The position numbers and the translations under genes were made by a program. Below the pieces are notes generated by a model, which worked only from the letters and a program-made list of their open reading frames with translations, searched no databases and was not told the DNA's origin. This document shows positions 61,139 through 64,000 of a stretch of 64,000 nt of DNA, one piece after another (positions within the stretch are counted from its first letter, which is position 1; every line of letters starts with the position of its first letter). The stretch is from Fistulifera solaris (lineage: Eukaryota): contig AP026145.1 in assembly GCA_030295235.1 (NCBI GenBank), forward strand, positions 744,001 to 808,000. The letters run 5' to 3'.

Positions 61139-63360
61139 ATGGGCACCAGAATACTTGCCTTGTTGGGCTTTTCTGTTATCATAGCGCGTGCGAGTGCACA
61201 ATCCGCAGCACCATGTCCTCGTGACAACTCAGTCACAGGGTACTCGTCCATAGAAGTGCTAAACAGCGACATGGAGAGCGAATTGCAGAATATACAGGCA
61301 GGATCGGCTCCAGCTGAAGAATACACTTTTCGATTATGTCCAGATACTGTATTTGACACGACAACAACGCCTCTACGACCACTTCTAAACAACGCAATGT
61401 TTGTTTGCGGGGAAAGCGGAAAAAGAGCGGATGGTTGTACATTTATCGGAGGGTCTGAACAAATAAGGTTCCAAGATAGCTCAATAGAAGGATATGTACT
61501 GCAATCAATGAGCTTTATGGGGTTATCTTTTGCCGATTTTGAGGGGAATAGTGATTTAACGGGGGCGTCGATAGGAGCCTATGCATCATCTCAATTGACA
61601 GCAACTTTTTCAGATGTGGCTTTTACGGTACGTGTCTCTTCTGTACGTATCATGCATTACGATAAATTACGCTAAAACGATGCATTGCAGGATTTTGAAA
61701 GCGACTTTGTGGTACGACAAACAGCAGGATTCAGCACTGAACCACCGATGAATATCGAAATGCGCGATGTGACAGTAACTGGCGGAACTGCTGGAGTTCT
61801 CTTCGATAACGACGGAGGTGTTCTTAGGCTGGAAAGTGCTTCAGTGGCCGATGTTACGAGTGCGGCTCTTATCGCTACAGCGAATTCCGGAAGCTCATTT
61901 TTGCAGGCTAGTTCCGTCTCGGAGAGCTCTCTAAATTCTATCACTTTTACAACAGCAACGGGATCCACGTCGGTGATAGATACTAAAGTGACAAACATGG
62001 TACTGGTTGATGACGCTTTTTACGTGGAGGGTGATGGTAGCAGCCTTTCGCTATCCGAAGTCGAAGTGAGCGGAACGCAAGTAGACGCCCCTCTGTCATG
62101 GACTGCCGTCGCGGTCCAGTCGCAAGCCACCGCAACCCTAGAAAAGGTGACAATAGCCGGCAATGAAGGGCTTGAATTTGGGCTTAGTGCAACACTGGCC
62201 GGTGTGATATCAATGAAAGACTCTGTAATCGAAAACAACCAGGGTGTGGTAAGTACTACATGGATTAGCGCCCACACTCTCATGAAGTAGCCCTAACTTT
62301 TGCTCTTTCAGCAACCCCTCAATCGAACTTCCGCACCTCTTTTTGGGATATCGGATTCAGATATTACAGTAGAAAGAAGTCAATTTATGGGAAATGAGGG
62401 ATTCACGGTACGCTTTCCTCCTGTGCAACTTCATTGATCCATGCTTTTTTCGGTCTAACCATTTTCGTCTCGTCGGAACGGACAGGCTGTTGGTGTCTTT
62501 TTGCTTCGAAGCAAAATCAACTTATCTACCAGCTGTATTCAAAATGGGTCTTCCGAGTTCGTTTTATCTGTGGACTCGGCATCCACTTTCACGATGGATA
62601 CGAACTTTTTAGAGAATTACCAGTCCGAACAATGCGACATTGGTGCTAGGCTGTTCAAAGAAACGGACGGATCGGGTTGTTTCGTTGGATCGGGAACCTG
62701 CGAAGGTACTTGCGAGATCCTTGCGGATCAAACGGAATGTCGAATAGAAGCCCCGGAACCGACGGCTTCGCCCACGGCATCTGCGCCGGTAGCAACGACT
62801 GTTTCACCCTCACCTCGTCCAAGTAGTGAATTAACGCAACAACCCACTTTGGCACCTGTCGTGGAACGAACAATTATGCCATCAACAGGTGTACCTACCA
62901 TTATCTCCACGGTATCCGACGTACCAACCCTCATGGGGAGCGACGAACTCTCATCGGTACCATCGGAGATATTCTTAACGTCTCCTCCGTCGATCGAAAT
63001 GGAAGAAGAAGAAATAAGCGGGAAAGGCAAGAAGAGTAGCAAAAAGGGAAAGAAGGAAAGCAAGGGTAGTAAAACCGGCAAGAGTAGCCCTAGTGGGAAG
63101 GGTAGTAAGACTGGCAAAGGCAGCAAAAGCGGTAAAAGAGCAAGAGCGGTAAGGGCGGTAAAGGCTCGGAAGGACAGCACACCGAATTACCCGCCCTAGC
63201 AATTACGATGAGTCCTACTGGCTTGCCATCAAGTAGTCCATCAACAACCATCGAACAAGAAAGATCCACAAATTTGGGGCTCACTCGGCAGATCGTGGGC
63301 AGACGGCAATGGCGCAAGTTTCTGCAAGACGTGGCACAAAGGGACGACTCCTCCCGATGA
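61139..63360 (+). CDS. Secreted multi-exon paralog of the 57956 gene with Pro/Thr stretch and silaffin-like KGSK/KSGK tail
   Basis: Signal MGTRILALLGFSVIIARASA. Same LCPDT...CG..G...C.F.GG..Q domain. Introns starting 61628, ~62249 and ~62408. Tail GKGKKSSKKGKKESKGSKTGKSSPSGKGSKTGKGSKSGK. An A-run repair at ~63136 extends it to TGA 63358-63360. Confidence 0.72.
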
Positions 63361-63852
63361 GTACCTGGTATAGTGGGGAGCACTTGTACGCAATATAAAT
63401 TCACAAACTGTAAACATTTATAGCCTCAATTGAATGCACTAATTATTCATAGAAAGAACGGGATGTTTTAGATGATGCCTAAAATTCTAATGGCCGTTAC
63501 CAAGCGACACCAATGATTCGTGTCTAAGTAGGAAGCGGGACTACTTTGTTTCCTTAACGGACATAAAGTACCAGGTACTTGTAGTGTGAACTGTGAAACA
63601 TTGTCTAGAAAACAAACACCGGTACGATTAATCAACACGTTTTGGTAAAACGCAGCCAAAAAACCCCAAGAGCAAGAGGGTGTGCGCTGCGAAAGTGCGC
63701 CTTTGCATTATTTTTCTTCAACACGCAGCAGTTTGACACAACAAGAAACGAACTTAACTTACTATTAACAAAAAAATAGACTTCAGGATCACAAAAGAGC
63801 AAAGAAGATCAGATCCTTTCATTTTCTCAGTACAATTTCTTCTCTTTCGACC

Positions 63853-64000
63853 ATGGAGACTAATAATGCCGATGAAAACGATGAATGCAATCTCGACAAC
63901 ACTCTCATTGAAAGTTTATTCTACAACGAGATGATGTTGATGGAAGAATCACCGTCACTCCTATTGTCGATATTGTCGGCAGATGGAACTCCGTCTGTGG
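63853..64000 (+). CDS. 5' end of a hypothetical protein (runs off right edge)
   Basis: accATGG start. Open frame METNNADENDECNLDNTLIESLFYNEMMLMEES... continues to the window end. Confidence 0.5.
   Translation, partial: METNNADENDECNLDNTLIESLFYNEMMLMEESPSLLLSILSADGTPSV

Noticed and set aside
1..64000. rRNA, tRNA or CRISPR arrays
   Set aside because: None recognisable by eye. tRNAscan-SE or Infernal would be needed to exclude small ncRNAs.

Overview
Eukaryotic nuclear DNA, not prokaryotic. It is gene-dense with short GT-AG introns (about 65-85 nt), bipartite plastid-targeting leaders (AQAF, SSF, EAW) and a PSTALRE CDK. This points to a pennate diatom, most likely Fistulifera or a relative (inferred). 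Many genes are broken by +/-1 indels in homopolymer runs, which looks like sequencing or assembly error, so the ORF track fragments real genes. Recognisable genes: 3' end of a TruA-type pseudouridine synthase, MtnB-MtnC fusion, cytoplasmic dynein heavy chain, Rab11, class-3 lipase, CDKA2, plastid GPI, mitochondrial intermediate peptidase, PPOX, GNAT, FkbM methyltransferase, cardiolipin synthase-like enzyme, a TACC-like coiled-coil protein, NAD(P) transhydrogenase, UPRT, and two tandem secreted Pro/Thr- and Lys/Ser/Gly-rich proteins. Two observations stand out. (1) After repairing two T-run indels and one intron, a K+ channel gene encodes four pore loops and eight TM helices in one chain. (2) A stand-alone, catalytically intact tyrosine recombinase sits among housekeeping genes with no visible transposon context. 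Also notable are a dynein with no C-terminal cap and a shortened AAA2 P-loop, and a ~150-bp fold-back element.
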